64,000 bases of DNA, from NCBI GenBank assembly GCA_963833225.1, contig CAWHXD010000006.1, positions 1-64,000 on the forward strand. The letters are read 5' to 3'. Under the pieces are notes generated by a model that was not told where the DNA came from, made no database searches, and saw only the letters and a program-made list of their open reading frames with translations. Positions 39,918-50,452 of this stretch are shown here, in pieces. The number at the start of each line of letters is the position of its first letter. Position 1 is the stretch's first letter. The DNA is from an uncultured Chloroflexia bacterium (GTDB taxonomy: Bacteria > Chloroflexota > Limnocylindria > Limnocylindrales > CSP1-4). The position numbers were made by a program, and so were the translations under genes.

Positions 39918-41003
39918 ATGGAGTACCGCGACTACTACGAGATCCTCGGAGTGCCCCGGTCGGCCAGCCAGGCCGATGTCAAGAAGGCATTCCGGAAGCT
40001 CGCGCGCCAGCATCACCCGGACCGGAACCCCGGCGACACCGCCGCCGAACGGCGGTTCAAGGACGTCAACGAGGCCAACGCCGTCCTCTCCGACCCCGCC
40101 AAGCGCCAGCAGTACGACACGCTGGGCGCAAGCTGGGACCAGTTCCAGCAGGCCGGTGGCGGCCGAGCCGGCGCGGATCCGTTCGGCCCCGGCGGTCCGT
40201 TCGCGGGCTGGACGGGCGGAGGCGGCCCGGCGGCCAGTGGCGGGCGGGCGGGCAACGTCCGCTACGAGTTCCGCACCGCGGGCGGCGGCGACGCCGGCTT
40301 CTCGGACTTCTTCCGCATGTTCTTCTCCGGCGCGGCGGCCGGTGGGAGTGCCGGAGGGGGCACGGACGGCGGGCAGCGCGGCGCCGGCGGCATCCGCTTC
40401 GAGGAGATCCTCGGCGACATGGGGCGCGGCCCTGGCCGCAGCGGGTCCGGAACGGCGCACCGGGGCGCCGGCGCCGGCCGGGTGAGCGCTGCGATGCGGG
40501 CGATCGAGGCGCCCACCGAGCTGACCCTCGAGGAGGCCTTTCATGGCACCCAGCGGCTGGTGCAGGTCGAGGGCAAGCGCTACGAGGTCCAGCTCCCGCG
40601 CGGGGTGGACACCGGGAGCCGCGTCAGGCTGAGCGGCAAGGGACCCGACGGGCGTGATTTGGTCGTGACCGTCCGCGTGCGACCCCACGACACCTTCACG
40701 CGCCGGGGCGCGGACCTGGAGCGGGAGCTGCCGGTCACGCTGCGCGAGGCGTTGCTCGGGGCGGAGGTCCCCGTCACGACCCTCAAGGGCCGAATCCTCC
40801 TCCACATCCCGGCCGGAACCCAAGGCGGCAAGACGTTCCGCCTGACCGGCCAGGGCATGCCGAAGATGAAGGATGGCGGTGTCGGCGACCTGTACGTGAA
40901 GGTTCGCGTGGTGCTGCCGAAGACCATGAGCGAGGAGGCCAGGGAGGCGGGAGCGGCGTTCCTCGACCTCGTCGACCAGGCCGACCCGCGGGCCACCACC
41001 TGA
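39918..41003 (+). CDS. class II J-domain protein (DnaJ/CbpA-like, no Zn finger)
   Basis: [11 protein letters not shown] motif, G/F-rich region, C-terminal DnaJ domain with GDLYV; no CxxCxGxG repeats. Confidence 0.93.
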   Translation: MEYRDYYEILGVPRSASQADVKKAFRKLARQHHPDRNPGDTAAERRFKDVNEANAVLSDPAKRQQYDTLGASWDQFQQAGGGRAGADPFGPGGPFAGWTGGGGPAASGGRAGNVRYEFRTAGGGDAGFSDFFRMFFSGAAAGGSAGGGTDGGQRGAGGIRFEEILGDMGRGPGRSGSGTAHRGAGAGRVSAAMRAIEAPTELTLEEAFHGTQRLVQVEGKRYEVQLPRGVDTGSRVRLSGKGPDGRDLVVTVRVRPHDTFTRRGADLERELPVTLREALLGAEVPVTTLKGRILLHIPAGTQGGKTFRLTGQGMPKMKDGGVGDLYVKVRVVLPKTMSEEAREAGAAFLDLVDQADPRATT

Positions 41004-41049
41004 TCCCGGCCAATCTCCCGATCCAGTCGACCGCACGAGACCCACCACG

Positions 41050-43812
41050 ATGCAACTTGACCACTTCACCGAAAAGGCCCAGGAGGCCATCGTCACCGCC
41101 CAGCAGCTCGCCGAACGGCTGCAGAGCCCCGTGCTCGATGCCGAGCACCTGCTGGCCGCGCTCGTCGACCCCGATGACGGGGTCCCCGCCGAGACGCTCC
41201 GGCGCCTGGGCGTGGACCTGGGGGCGCTGCGGGGCGAGCTCGCCGCCACGCTGGCCGGGCGCGCCCGGATCCAGGGCGGCCAGATGGGTCTCGATCCGCG
41301 CGCCAAGCGCGTGATCGACCGTGCCCAGGACGAGGCACGGCGCATGAACGACGAGTACACGAGCACCGAGCACCTGCTGCTGGGCGTCGTCGAGGTGGGC
41401 GGTGAGTCGCAGCAGCTGCTGGAACGGCACGGGGCCGGGCGGGAGGCCATCCTCGGCGCGCTCCAGCAGGTCCGCGGCGGGCAGCGCGTGACCAGCGCCA
41501 CCCCCGAGACCACCTACCAGGCCCTCGAGAAGTACGGGCGCGACCTCACGGCCGAGGCCCGTGCCGGCAAGCTGGACCCGGTCATCGGCCGCGACGAGGA
41601 GATCCGGCGGGTGATCCAGGTCCTGTCGCGCCGGACCAAGAACAACCCGGTGCTCATCGGCGAGCCGGGCGTCGGCAAGACCGCGATCGCGGAAGGCCTC
41701 GCCCAGCGGATCGTTCGTGGTGACGTCCCGGAGACGCTCAAGGACAAGCGGGTCATCTCGCTCGATCTCGGCGCGATCATCGCCGGCTCCAAGTTCCGCG
41801 GCGAGTTCGAGGAGCGCCTCAAGGCCGTCCTCAAGGAGATCAAGGACTCCGAGGGCGCCGTCATCCTGTTCATCGACGAGCTGCACACCGTGGTGGGTGC
41901 CGGCGCGGCCGAGGGCGCGATGGACGCCTCCAACCTGCTCAAGCCGATGCTCGCCCGCGGCGAGCTGCACACCATCGGGGCCACCACGCTCGACGAGTAC
42001 CGCAAGCACATCGAGAAGGACGCGGCGCTCGAGCGCCGCTTCCAGCCGGTGATGGTGGACCAGCCGACGGTCGAGGAGACGATCTCGATCCTGCGCGGCC
42101 TGCGCGAGCGCTACGAGGTGCATCACGGCGTCCGGATCACCGACTCCGCCCTCGTCGCCGCGGCCACCCTGTCCAACCGCTACATCACCGAACGGTTCCT
42201 GCCGGACAAGGCGATCGACCTCGTGGACGAGGCGGCGAGCCGGCTCCGGATGGAGATTGACTCGATGCCGATCGAGCTCGATGAGCTGGAGCGCCGGCGA
42301 ATCCAGCTGGAGATCGAGCGCGAGGCCCTGCGCAAGGAGTCCGATGACGCCTCCAAGGCTCGCCTCGACACCCTCGAGCGAGAGCTCGCCGAGATCGGCG
42401 AGGAGGCCGGCGCGATGAAGCAGCGCTGGGAGGCCGAGAAGTCGGCCATCAGCGGGCTGCGCGAGACCAAGGCCGAGGTCGAGCAGCTGGCGGTGCGCGT
42501 CGAGCAGGCCGAGCGCGAGGCCGATTACGGCACCGCGGCGGAGCTCAAGTACGGCCGCGCCCGCGAGCTCGCCGACCGGATGACGCAGCAGGAGGCGGCG
42601 ATCGCCGCGCTCCAGGGACCCGGCGCCCTGCTCAAGGAGGAGGTCTCGGCCGATGACGTGGCCGAGATCGTGGCGGCCTGGACCGGGATCCCCGTCACGC
42701 GCCTGATGGAGGGCGAGCTGGAGAAGCTGGTCCACATGGAGGAGCGGCTCCACGATCGGGTCGTCGGCCAGGACGAGGCCATCGCCGCCGTCTCCGACGC
42801 GGTCCGCCGGGCGCGGGCGGGGCTCAAGGACCCGCGACGGCCCATCGGCTCGTTCCTGTTCCTGGGCCCGACCGGCGTCGGCAAGACGGAGCTCGCCCGG
42901 GCGGTCGCCCAGTTCCTGTTCGACGACGAGCAGGCGATGGTCCGCATCGACATGAGCGAGTACATGGAGAAGTTTGCGGTGTCGCGGCTGGTCGGGGCGC
43001 CCCCCGGCTACGTGGGCTACGAGGAGGGCGGCCAGCTGACCGAGGCCGTCCGCCGGCGGCCATACCAGGTGATCCTGCTCGACGAGATCGAGAAGGCCCA
43101 CCCGGACGTGTTCAACGTGCTGCTCCAGGTGCTCGACGACGGGCGCCTGACCGACTCCCAGGGCCGGACCGTCGACTTCAAGAACACGGTCGTGATCATG
43201 ACCTCCAACGTGGGTTCGCAGCAGATCCAGGCCTTCGCCGGGCGACCCGGTGGCCAGGACTACGAGTCCATGAAGCGGGGGGTCATGGACCAGCTGCATG
43301 GCACGTTCCGGCCCGAGTTCCTCAACCGCATCGACGAGGTCATCGTGTTCCACGCGCTGACCGATGCCGAGCTGGTGGCGATCGCGGACCTGCTGCTGGC
43401 CGAGCTCCAGGGGCGGATCGCGGGCAACGACCTCACCCTCGACGTCACGCCGGCGGCCCGGACGCTGATCGTGCGCGAGGGGACCGATCCGTCCTTTGGG
43501 GCCCGGCCGCTCAAGCGGACGATCCAGCGTCTGGTCGAGAACCCGTTCGCCCGCGCGCTGCTGTCGGGCACGTTCAAGCCCGGCGACACCGTGACGGCCG
43601 ACGCCGACCCGGTGTCCGGGACGCTCGTGTTCGCGTCCGAGTCGTCGTCCGTTGCCACCGATGCCTCGGAGCGGCGCGACGCGCGGGGCACCGCGGCCGA
43701 TCGCGAGGCCGCGGGGGCCGGGACCGGCTCGCCCGGGCGGCGAAGCGCGTTCGACCTGCCGCCCCTCGAGAAGGAGCCCGACAAGGGTGACGGCGGCGGG
43801 CTGGTCAACTAG
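41050..43812 (+). CDS. clpB: ClpB disaggregase
   Basis: Two AAA+ modules ([16 protein letters not shown]), long coiled-coil M domain, [23 protein letters not shown]. Confidence 0.97.
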   Translation: MQLDHFTEKAQEAIVTAQQLAERLQSPVLDAEHLLAALVDPDDGVPAETLRRLGVDLGALRGELAATLAGRARIQGGQMGLDPRAKRVIDRAQDEARRMNDEYTSTEHLLLGVVEVGGESQQLLERHGAGREAILGALQQVRGGQRVTSATPETTYQALEKYGRDLTAEARAGKLDPVIGRDEEIRRVIQVLSRRTKNNPVLIGEPGVGKTAIAEGLAQRIVRGDVPETLKDKRVISLDLGAIIAGSKFRGEFEERLKAVLKEIKDSEGAVILFIDELHTVVGAGAAEGAMDASNLLKPMLARGELHTIGATTLDEYRKHIEKDAALERRFQPVMVDQPTVEETISILRGLRERYEVHHGVRITDSALVAAATLSNRYITERFLPDKAIDLVDEAASRLRMEIDSMPIELDELERRRIQLEIEREALRKESDDASKARLDTLERELAEIGEEAGAMKQRWEAEKSAISGLRETKAEVEQLAVRVEQAEREADYGTAAELKYGRARELADRMTQQEAAIAALQGPGALLKEEVSADDVAEIVAAWTGIPVTRLMEGELEKLVHMEERLHDRVVGQDEAIAAVSDAVRRARAGLKDPRRPIGSFLFLGPTGVGKTELARAVAQFLFDDEQAMVRIDMSEYMEKFAVSRLVGAPPGYVGYEEGGQLTEAVRRRPYQVILLDEIEKAHPDVFNVLLQVLDDGRLTDSQGRTVDFKNTVVIMTSNVGSQQIQAFAGRPGGQDYESMKRGVMDQLHGTFRPEFLNRIDEVIVFHALTDAELVAIADLLLAELQGRIAGNDLTLDVTPAARTLIVREGTDPSFGARPLKRTIQRLVENPFARALLSGTFKPGDTVTADADPVSGTLVFASESSSVATDASERRDARGTAADREAAGAGTGSPGRRSAFDLPPLEKEPDKGDGGGLVN

Positions 43813-43824
43813 GCCCGGGCGGCG

Positions 43825-44478
43825 ATGCGCTTCGACGCGGTCGTGCGTGGGCTGCTGACGCTGCCCGACGTCCTGCCAGACGGTCCGCACGAGCTGATGC
43901 CGGTCGTGGTCGACAGCGGCGAGCCGAGGGTCCGGCCACCGTGGGACGCAGCGGCCGAGACGTCGTCACGGCCGGCCGCGGTGCTGGTCCTCGTCTACCC
44001 GGGCGTCGAGGGCGACGCCCGGATCCTGCTCACCGAGCGAGCCGATCGCGGCGGGCACCACTCGGGCGAGGTGTCGTTCCCCGGGGGACGGGCGGAACCC
44101 GGCGACGCCGATGCTGCCGCCACCGCGCTCCGGGAGGCGGCCGAAGAGGTCGGGCTGGATCCCGTCACTGCCGGGCTGCGCGTGCTTGGCGCGCTACCGG
44201 TGCACTGGATCCCCGTGAGCAACTTCGCGGTCACGCCGGTGATCGCCGTGGCGGACCATCGCCCCGAGCTGGTCGCCCAGCCCACCGAGGTGGCCGCCAT
44301 CCTCGAGCCGTCCGTGTCATCGTTCCTGCCCGGGGCGCCGCTGCAGCTCATCGAGCGCGACATGCGCGGCATCCGCATCCGCTACGCGGCCTACCCGGTC
44401 AACGGCCTGGCCGTGTGGGGGATGACCGCGCGGGTACTGGGCGGGCTGGGGGCGTGGCTGGGACGCGAGGATTCGTAG
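43825..44478 (+). CDS. Nudix CoA pyrophosphatase (NudL-like)
   Basis: AAVLVL, LTERA...HSGEVSFPGG, ALREAAEEVG, VWGMTARVL. Confidence 0.9.
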   Translation: MRFDAVVRGLLTLPDVLPDGPHELMPVVVDSGEPRVRPPWDAAAETSSRPAAVLVLVYPGVEGDARILLTERADRGGHHSGEVSFPGGRAEPGDADAAATALREAAEEVGLDPVTAGLRVLGALPVHWIPVSNFAVTPVIAVADHRPELVAQPTEVAAILEPSVSSFLPGAPLQLIERDMRGIRIRYAAYPVNGLAVWGMTARVLGGLGAWLGREDS

Positions 44479-44653
44479 GCAGCGGCCCGGACGAATACGG
44501 CCGGTTGCCTGGGCGTCGGCGGCGTTGACCGCCTGCTCCAGCGTGATCCAGCCCGGCCGGTCCCAGCAGCTGGCCGCCGTTCCAGACGGCGACGAACGCG
44601 GACGCGAAGACGATGAGCGCAGCGATGCCCACGACGCACAGTCCCGCCGCACC

Positions 44654-44780
44654 TGGCCAGATTCAGGTGGTGTGCACGCTACTGGGTCGCTGCGCGCTCG
44701 GAATTGGCCAGATTCAGGTGGTGTGCACGGCATCGCCCGCGATGGCCGCTTACGCCGGCCAGGTTCATGTGGAGTGCCCA
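44654..44780. repeat. 25-bp direct repeats with 26-bp unique spacers (51-bp period)
   Basis: TGGCCAGATTCAGGTGGTGTGCACG identical at 44654 and 44705; degenerate copy at 44756. Confidence 0.85.
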
Positions 44781-44943
44781 CAAGGCCGGGTATTTCCGGC
44801 CCAACGCGCGTGGCTTCTGAATATGGCCGAGATCGCGGATCGTTCACTCGGGGATCCCGGCGTGGGTCGGCGGTCCGGACGGGCGGGCGCGTCGGCCGGG
44901 TGGCCAACTTGTCCGATGGTGCGCACCGGGTCTGAATCTGGCC

Positions 44944-44977
44944 GGGTCGCGGGTCGGGTCGCGGGTCGGGTCGCGGG
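44944..44977. repeat. 12-bp tandem repeat GGGTCGCGGGTC x ~3
   Basis: Read directly from the sequence. Confidence 0.75.
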
Positions 44978-45017
44978 CGCGCGCCGCGGCGGGCCCGAAT
45001 AGCAGCCGGGAGCCGCC

Positions 45018-45497
45018 TCAGAGCGGCTCGCCCCCCAGGTCCTCGTCTGGAGGTCGCGGGACGGGCGCACGCCGTCCCGCCAGTCGCCCCTCCCCCCTGG
45101 TGACCGGCCGCGCGCCTCTACCCGGCCCCACCCGCGCCGCCTCACCCTCCACCACGCCAGGGAGTGCCAGGCGGGGAGCGGCGAACTCGACCACGATCGC
45201 CCGCATCTGGGTCCCGTCGGTCCACGCGGCGTGCAGCACGTCCGGTGGCCACACGACGGTCTCGCCGGCCAGGACACGCGCCCGCTCGTCGCCCACGCCG
45301 ACCCAGCCGCCGCCCTCGATCACGACGAAGTAGCTCGGGTTCGGGTTCGTGTGCGGCGCGATCCGCGCATTCCGCGAGAAGGCGAGCTCCGAGATGACGC
45401 CGGCGGGCCCGCTCTCGATGACCTGTGCCTCGATCCCGGTGGTGCCGGGCGGCCCCTCCGGCCGACGATGCCCGACCCCGAACCGCCGGATGTCCAT
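45018..45497 (-). CDS. cupin-domain protein
   Basis: IAPHTNPNPSYFVVIEGGGWV, GETVVWPPDVLHAAWT. Confidence 0.82.
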   Translation of the reverse strand: MDIRRFGVGHRRPEGPPGTTGIEAQVIESGPAGVISELAFSRNARIAPHTNPNPSYFVVIEGGGWVGVGDERARVLAGETVVWPPDVLHAAWTDGTQMRAIVVEFAAPRLALPGVVEGEAARVGPGRGARPVTRGEGRLAGRRAPVPRPPDEDLGGEPL

Positions 45498-45517
45498 CGT
45501 CACGCGGCGGCGCGCGG

Positions 45518-45949
45518 CTAGCGGCGACGCCGGCGGCGCGACGACTTGGAGCGGATGGTGGTCTCGGGGCGCGCGTACTTCTGGCGGGAGAAGTAGCGGG
45601 CCTTCGCGAGCTGGCGCTCGTACGCGTGGAGGTACGGCGGGAAGCGGACGAACCGGATCCAGACCAGGACCGCGAGCCCGCCGACGATCGTGCTGAGCAC
45701 GATGATGAAGTCGAACCGGAACACCCAGTAGACGGGGATGAGCCCGAACGTGACCACGTTGGTCCACAGCATCCACTCGTACATCTGGACGTAGACCCCA
45801 TGCCGGTGCAGCTGTCGCGTCCGGACGTTGTAGACGATCACCGTCGCAAGCAGCAGGCCGATCCCCGCATACAGGATGGGCATGTAGAGGTCGGGGAAGT
45901 TGGCGTCGTCGAAGGACGCGAAGAGGTACTGCCAGGGCCAGCAATTCAC
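45518..45949 (-). CDS. 3-TM membrane protein with basic tail (start uncertain)
   Basis: Three hydrophobic segments; C-terminal KSSRRRRRR. Confidence 0.7.
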   Translation of the reverse strand: MNCWPWQYLFASFDDANFPDLYMPILYAGIGLLLATVIVYNVRTRQLHRHGVYVQMYEWMLWTNVVTFGLIPVYWVFRFDFIIVLSTIVGGLAVLVWIRFVRFPPYLHAYERQLAKARYFSRQKYARPETTIRSKSSRRRRRR

Positions 45950-46157
45950 GCGCGATCTCTCCGGATGCGGCCGACGTCATGCCGGCCACGCTGATGGGCC
46001 GTCCGAGTATGCCACGGGGGCCACGGTATACTCGGCGCAACGTCGCGCGTCCGACGGTTTCCGGCCCCGGAGCCCACTCCCGGAGCCCACGCTGGACCCC
46101 GGACGCCACCCAGCAGTACGGCTCGGCCGCTGAACCGCCGGAGGAGGAACCGCACCG

Positions 46158-47705
46158 GTGCGTGCGCTGCTCTCGGTCGCGAACCGCGACGGTCTGTCCG
46201 CGTTCGCGCGTGACCTCCAGGCACTGGGCTGCGAGCTGGTCGCGACCGACGGGACCCGCGAGCACCTGGCGGCGGACGGCATCGATGCCGCGTCGGTCTC
46301 GGACCTGACGCATGTGCCGCCCCTTGTCGGTGCCCAGGTCCGCACCTTCCACCCGGAGATCTACGCGGGTATCCTCGCGCGCCGCGACCGGCCTGAGCAG
46401 CTCGACCAGCTCGTGGAGCGTGGCATCGGGCTGATCGACCTGGTCGTCGTGAACGTCAAGCCCTTCGCCCCCGAGGTTGGACGCCACCATATCGGCATCG
46501 ACGAGGCGATCGAGCTGATTGATGTCGCCGGCGCGGCGCTCCTGGGCGCGGCCGCCCGCAACGGCGCCGGGGTCGTCGCCGTGTCCTCGCCCGCCCATTA
46601 CCCCGTTGTGCTCGATGAGCTTCGAACGCTGGGCCAGGTCTCCGCCGACACTCGCTACCGGCTCGCGGCGGACGCGTTCGGCACCGTGGCCGCGTACTTC
46701 GCCGAGATCGCCGCCTACCTCAACCAGATCAGCAACAACCTGTACCCGAACCGGCTGGCGCTCGTCCTCGAGAAGGTGGCTGACCTGTCCTACGGCGAGA
46801 ACCCGCACCAGCGCGCGGCCTTCTACCGCGAGACGACCCACCGGTCCGGCTCGCTGGCGGATGCGGCGCAGCTCCACGGGTCTCCGCCGACCTTCAACAA
46901 CCTGCTCGATCTCGACGCCGCCTACCGGATCGCGTCCGATTACACGGCCCCCACCGTGGTCATCGCCAAGCACACGGATCCGGTGGGTCTCGCATCGGCC
47001 GAGGAGCTGGTCGAGGCCTACCGGCACGCGCTGGAGACGGATCCCGTCGCCTCGTTCGGCGGCATCGTCGGGGTCAACCGGGAGCTGGACGGAGCCACGG
47101 CGCGCGCGATCGCGGCAAACTCGTACGAGGCCGTCATCGCGCCCGGGTTCAGCGAAGCTGCGCTCGGCATGCTCAAGGCCAAGCCCGGTCTTGAGCTCCT
47201 GTCGGTGCCCGCGTCACCGTCCGAGGGCATGCGGGACTACGGCATCGCCAACCTGGACTTCAAGCGCGTGGGTGGCGGCCTGCTCGTCGAGGGGCTCGAC
47301 GCCGTCGACCTGGACCGCGGCCAGCTCCAGGTCGTGACCCGACGCCATCCGACCCTCGGTGAGCTCACCGATCTGCTGTTCGCCTGGCGCGCCGTGCGCC
47401 ACGTCCGGTCCAACGCGATCGTGCTGGCCCGCAACGGCGCCACGGTCGGGATCGGCGCGGCCCAGGCGTCGCGCAACACCTCGGTGGACATCGCGCTCCG
47501 TCGCGCCGGTGACCGCGCCAAGCTCTCGGTCATGGCGTCGGATGCCTACTTCCCATTCCCCGACGGCATCCAGGTGGCCGCCAACGCGGGGGTCACGGCC
47601 ATCATCCAGCCGGGTGGGTCGATCCGTGACGAGATGGCGATCGAGGTCGCCAATCGCCACCACCTCGCCATGGTGTTCACCGGCCGCCGCCACTTCCGGC
47701 ACTAG
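46158..47705 (+). CDS. purH: PurH-family AICAR transformylase/IMP cyclohydrolase (cyclohydrolase motifs divergent)
   Basis: MRALLSV, YGENPHQ, AFGG-like [39 protein letters not shown]. Confidence 0.93.
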   Translation: MRALLSVANRDGLSAFARDLQALGCELVATDGTREHLAADGIDAASVSDLTHVPPLVGAQVRTFHPEIYAGILARRDRPEQLDQLVERGIGLIDLVVVNVKPFAPEVGRHHIGIDEAIELIDVAGAALLGAAARNGAGVVAVSSPAHYPVVLDELRTLGQVSADTRYRLAADAFGTVAAYFAEIAAYLNQISNNLYPNRLALVLEKVADLSYGENPHQRAAFYRETTHRSGSLADAAQLHGSPPTFNNLLDLDAAYRIASDYTAPTVVIAKHTDPVGLASAEELVEAYRHALETDPVASFGGIVGVNRELDGATARAIAANSYEAVIAPGFSEAALGMLKAKPGLELLSVPASPSEGMRDYGIANLDFKRVGGGLLVEGLDAVDLDRGQLQVVTRRHPTLGELTDLLFAWRAVRHVRSNAIVLARNGATVGIGAAQASRNTSVDIALRRAGDRAKLSVMASDAYFPFPDGIQVAANAGVTAIIQPGGSIRDEMAIEVANRHHLAMVFTGRRHFRH

Positions 47706-47739
47706 GCGTCGCCGCGTCCCCCACGCCCCGGAGGCATCG

Positions 47740-48720
47740 ATGGAGCAACTCCTCGCGCTCGAGATGATCCGCGTGACCGAGGCGGCCGCCATCGCGTCCG
47801 CCCGGTTCATGGGCAAGGGCGCCCGCGACGAGGCTGACCTCGCCGCGACCGAGGCGATGCGCCGGGCGATGGACGAGACCGACCTCGCCGGCACGATCGT
47901 CATCGGCGAGGGCGAGCGTGACGAGGCCCCGATGCTCTACATCGGCGAGCAGGTGGGCCGCCACGACGAAGGCGCCGCGGCCGCCGTGGACATCGCGGTC
48001 GACCCGCTCGAGGGCACGAACCTCGTGGCCACCGGCCAGGCCGGCGCGCTCACCGTCCTCGCGGCCTCCGAGACCGGCGGTCTTACCCACGCCCCGGACA
48101 CCTATCTCGAGAAGCTGGCCGTGGGGCCGGTCGTCGCGGGCTGCGTCGACATCACGGCGCCGGCGGCCCAGAACTGCCACCGGATCGCCGAGGCGCTGCG
48201 GCGCAAGGTGTCGGACATCACGATCGTCATCCTCGACCGGCCTCGCCACGAGCAGCTCATCGCCGAGGTGCGCGGGACCGGCGCCCGGATCAAGCTCATC
48301 ACCGACGGTGACGTGTCGGCCGCGATCTCGTGCGCGGTCCAGGGCACCGGCGTCCACGCGGTGATGGGCATCGGCGGGGCTCCGGAAGGGGTGATCACGG
48401 CCGCCGCGCTGCGCTGCCTGGGCGGGGAGATCCAGGCGCGGTTCCGGTTCCGCAACGACGAGGAACGGGAGCGCGCGGTCGGGATGCTGGGGCACGCGGA
48501 CGAGACCAAGGTGTTTCGCACCGAGGACCTCGCGAGCGGCGACAACCTGGTGTTCGCCGCCACGGGTGTCACGGGCGGGGAGCTCCTGCAGGGCGTGCGG
48601 TTCTTCGGCGGCGGCGCGCGGACCCATTCGCTGGTCATGGCCTACCAGACCAAGCAGGTGCGGTTCGTGGACACCGTCCACATGTTCGCCCGCGATCGGC
48701 CGCCGGCCGTCCGCCTGTAG
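47740..48720 (+). CDS. glpX: class II fructose-1,6-bisphosphatase
   Basis: [47 protein letters not shown]. Confidence 0.96.
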   Translation: MEQLLALEMIRVTEAAAIASARFMGKGARDEADLAATEAMRRAMDETDLAGTIVIGEGERDEAPMLYIGEQVGRHDEGAAAAVDIAVDPLEGTNLVATGQAGALTVLAASETGGLTHAPDTYLEKLAVGPVVAGCVDITAPAAQNCHRIAEALRRKVSDITIVILDRPRHEQLIAEVRGTGARIKLITDGDVSAAISCAVQGTGVHAVMGIGGAPEGVITAAALRCLGGEIQARFRFRNDEERERAVGMLGHADETKVFRTEDLASGDNLVFAATGVTGGELLQGVRFFGGGARTHSLVMAYQTKQVRFVDTVHMFARDRPPAVRL

Positions 48721-48729
48721 GGCGCCGGC

Positions 48730-49329
48730 TCAGCCGTCGATCGGCGCCCAGCCCTCCCCCGTCCAGCGGGCGATCGGGCGCGCGGCGGCGGCTCCCTCGA
48801 CACGCCGCCGCCGGGTGGCCGCTGTCGCGACCGTCTCGCCCCAGCCGGGCGGCACCAGCCCGGGAACCAGGTCCGAGAGCGGGGCGAGCACGAACAGCCG
48901 GCGCCGCGCCTCCACGTGCGGCACCACGAGGGGCATCGCCGCCTTCGCCGGATCCTCGCTCCGGCCATCGGGCGGCCTCTCCACGTGCACCCGGTGTCGC
49001 CCGAACACGAGCAGGTCGAGGTCAACCTCACGCGGCCCCCACCGCGCGCGCGGCTGTCGCCCGAATGCCCGCTCGAGACCCTTGAGCGCGACCAGCAGCG
49101 CCGAGGCGTCCGCAGCCGGGTCCCGCCCGGCGGGCACATCGAGCGCGACGACTGCGTTGCGGAACTCGGGTTGGTCCAGCACGCCAACGGGCTCCGTCGC
49201 GTAGAGTTGCGAAACCCCCCGGAGCCGGACGCCCGGCAGGGCTGCCAGGGCCCCGACGGCGGCGGCCAGGGTGCCGGCCGCGTCGCCGACGTTGGCACCG
49301 AGCCCGACGTACGCCCGCACCCGCGCCAC
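48730..49329 (-). CDS. folK: 6-hydroxymethyl-7,8-dihydropterin pyrophosphokinase
   Basis: AYVGLGANVG, QPEFRNAV, ERAFGR...RWGPREVDLDLL, VPH, FVLAPLSDL. Confidence 0.93.
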   Translation of the reverse strand: MARVRAYVGLGANVGDAAGTLAAAVGALAALPGVRLRGVSQLYATEPVGVLDQPEFRNAVVALDVPAGRDPAADASALLVALKGLERAFGRQPRARWGPREVDLDLLVFGRHRVHVERPPDGRSEDPAKAAMPLVVPHVEARRRLFVLAPLSDLVPGLVPPGWGETVATAATRRRRVEGAAAARPIARWTGEGWAPIDG

Positions 49330-49363
49330 GGCGCTCCACCTCCAGATCGCTAGACTCGGGCCG

Positions 49364-50452
49364 ATGCCGCCCGTCGCCGTCCTCATCCTCGCGCCCGCGC
49401 TCTCGCCCGGTGCGGGCCTGCTCGCGCGCGGCCTCGACGAGGCCCACACGACCCTCGCCGAGCATCACCGGCGGGGGTTCCGCGCGGCCGGCGCGGCCGA
49501 GGTCGTGGTCCGCCGCGAGCCGCCCGACGATACCCCATTCGGGGCACGCCTCCGGCGGCTGGCCGGCGGGCTTCGCCCGGGCGGGCTGGTGGTCCTGGGA
49601 GCCGGGTCGATCCCACTGGCAACGGCGGCCGACCGGCGTGGCCTCGTCGAAGCTGCGGCAGCCGATGCGCCCGGGGCGCTGGTCAACCACCGCTACTCCG
49701 CCGATGTCCTGGCCATCGCCCTGGCACAGACCGCGCTCCGGGACGTGCCGCCGGACCTGCGTTCCGACAACGCCCTTCCCCGCTGGCTCGCCGAGGTGGC
49801 CGGCGTGCCGGTGAGGGACCTGCGAGCGCGGCGCCGACTGGCGATGGACGTGGACTCGCCGCTTGACCTGCTGCTGCTCGAAGGGGCGCGGGGAGCCCCG
49901 GACCTGCCGCTCCCCGGTGACCTCGAGGCGGATCCGGTGCGGGCGCAGCTCGCCCGGCTGCGCGCGCTGGCCCGCGACCCGGGCGCCGAGCTCCTGATCG
50001 CCGGCCGGTCGTCGGCGGCGGACCTGCGCTGGGCGGAGCGCTACACCCGCTGCCGGACCCGGGCCCTGCTCGAGGAGCGGGGGATGCGCACGGCGTCGGC
50101 AGGCGTGGCCGTGGGGCGTCCCAACCGACGTCCGGCGAGAAGCGCTCTTGGGCTGCTCCTGGACACCTCCGAGCCGGGATCGCTGGGGAGAATCGTTGGG
50201 GAGCTGTGCGACGGGGCGCTCATCGACAGCCGCGTCCTCATCGCCCACCGGTACGGCGCCGACGAGGCGGGCTGGCCGGTGCCGGAGGACCGGTTCGCGA
50301 GCGACCTCCTGCTGCCCGATCGGATCCGCGACCCGTGGCTGCGCGACCTCACCACCGCCGCCGCCGAGGCCCAGGTCCCCATCCTGCTCGGCGGGCACAG
50401 CCTCGTGGGGCCGGGGCTGCGGCTCGCGCTCGGGCCACGGGCGCATGGATAG
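49364..50452 (+). CDS. hypothetical protein, possible CofC/nucleotidyltransferase-like fold
   Basis: TPFGARL, VVLGAGSIPL, NHRYSAD, LAMDVDSPLDLLLL; TAGACT -10 seven nt upstream. Confidence 0.6.
   Translation: MPPVAVLILAPALSPGAGLLARGLDEAHTTLAEHHRRGFRAAGAAEVVVRREPPDDTPFGARLRRLAGGLRPGGLVVLGAGSIPLATAADRRGLVEAAAADAPGALVNHRYSADVLAIALAQTALRDVPPDLRSDNALPRWLAEVAGVPVRDLRARRRLAMDVDSPLDLLLLEGARGAPDLPLPGDLEADPVRAQLARLRALARDPGAELLIAGRSSAADLRWAERYTRCRTRALLEERGMRTASAGVAVGRPNRRPARSALGLLLDTSEPGSLGRIVGELCDGALIDSRVLIAHRYGADEAGWPVPEDRFASDLLLPDRIRDPWLRDLTTAAAEAQVPILLGGHSLVGPGLRLALGPRAHG

Noticed and set aside
38244-43890. Very long minus-strand ORFs (1089 aa and 1035 aa)
   Set aside because: Antisense shadows of lon, dnaJ and clpB caused by high-GC codon bias; no recognisable domains.
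44654-44780. CRISPR array call
   Set aside because: Only 2-3 repeats, short 26-nt spacers, no AT-rich leader and no cas genes in the window; kept as an unclassified repeat.
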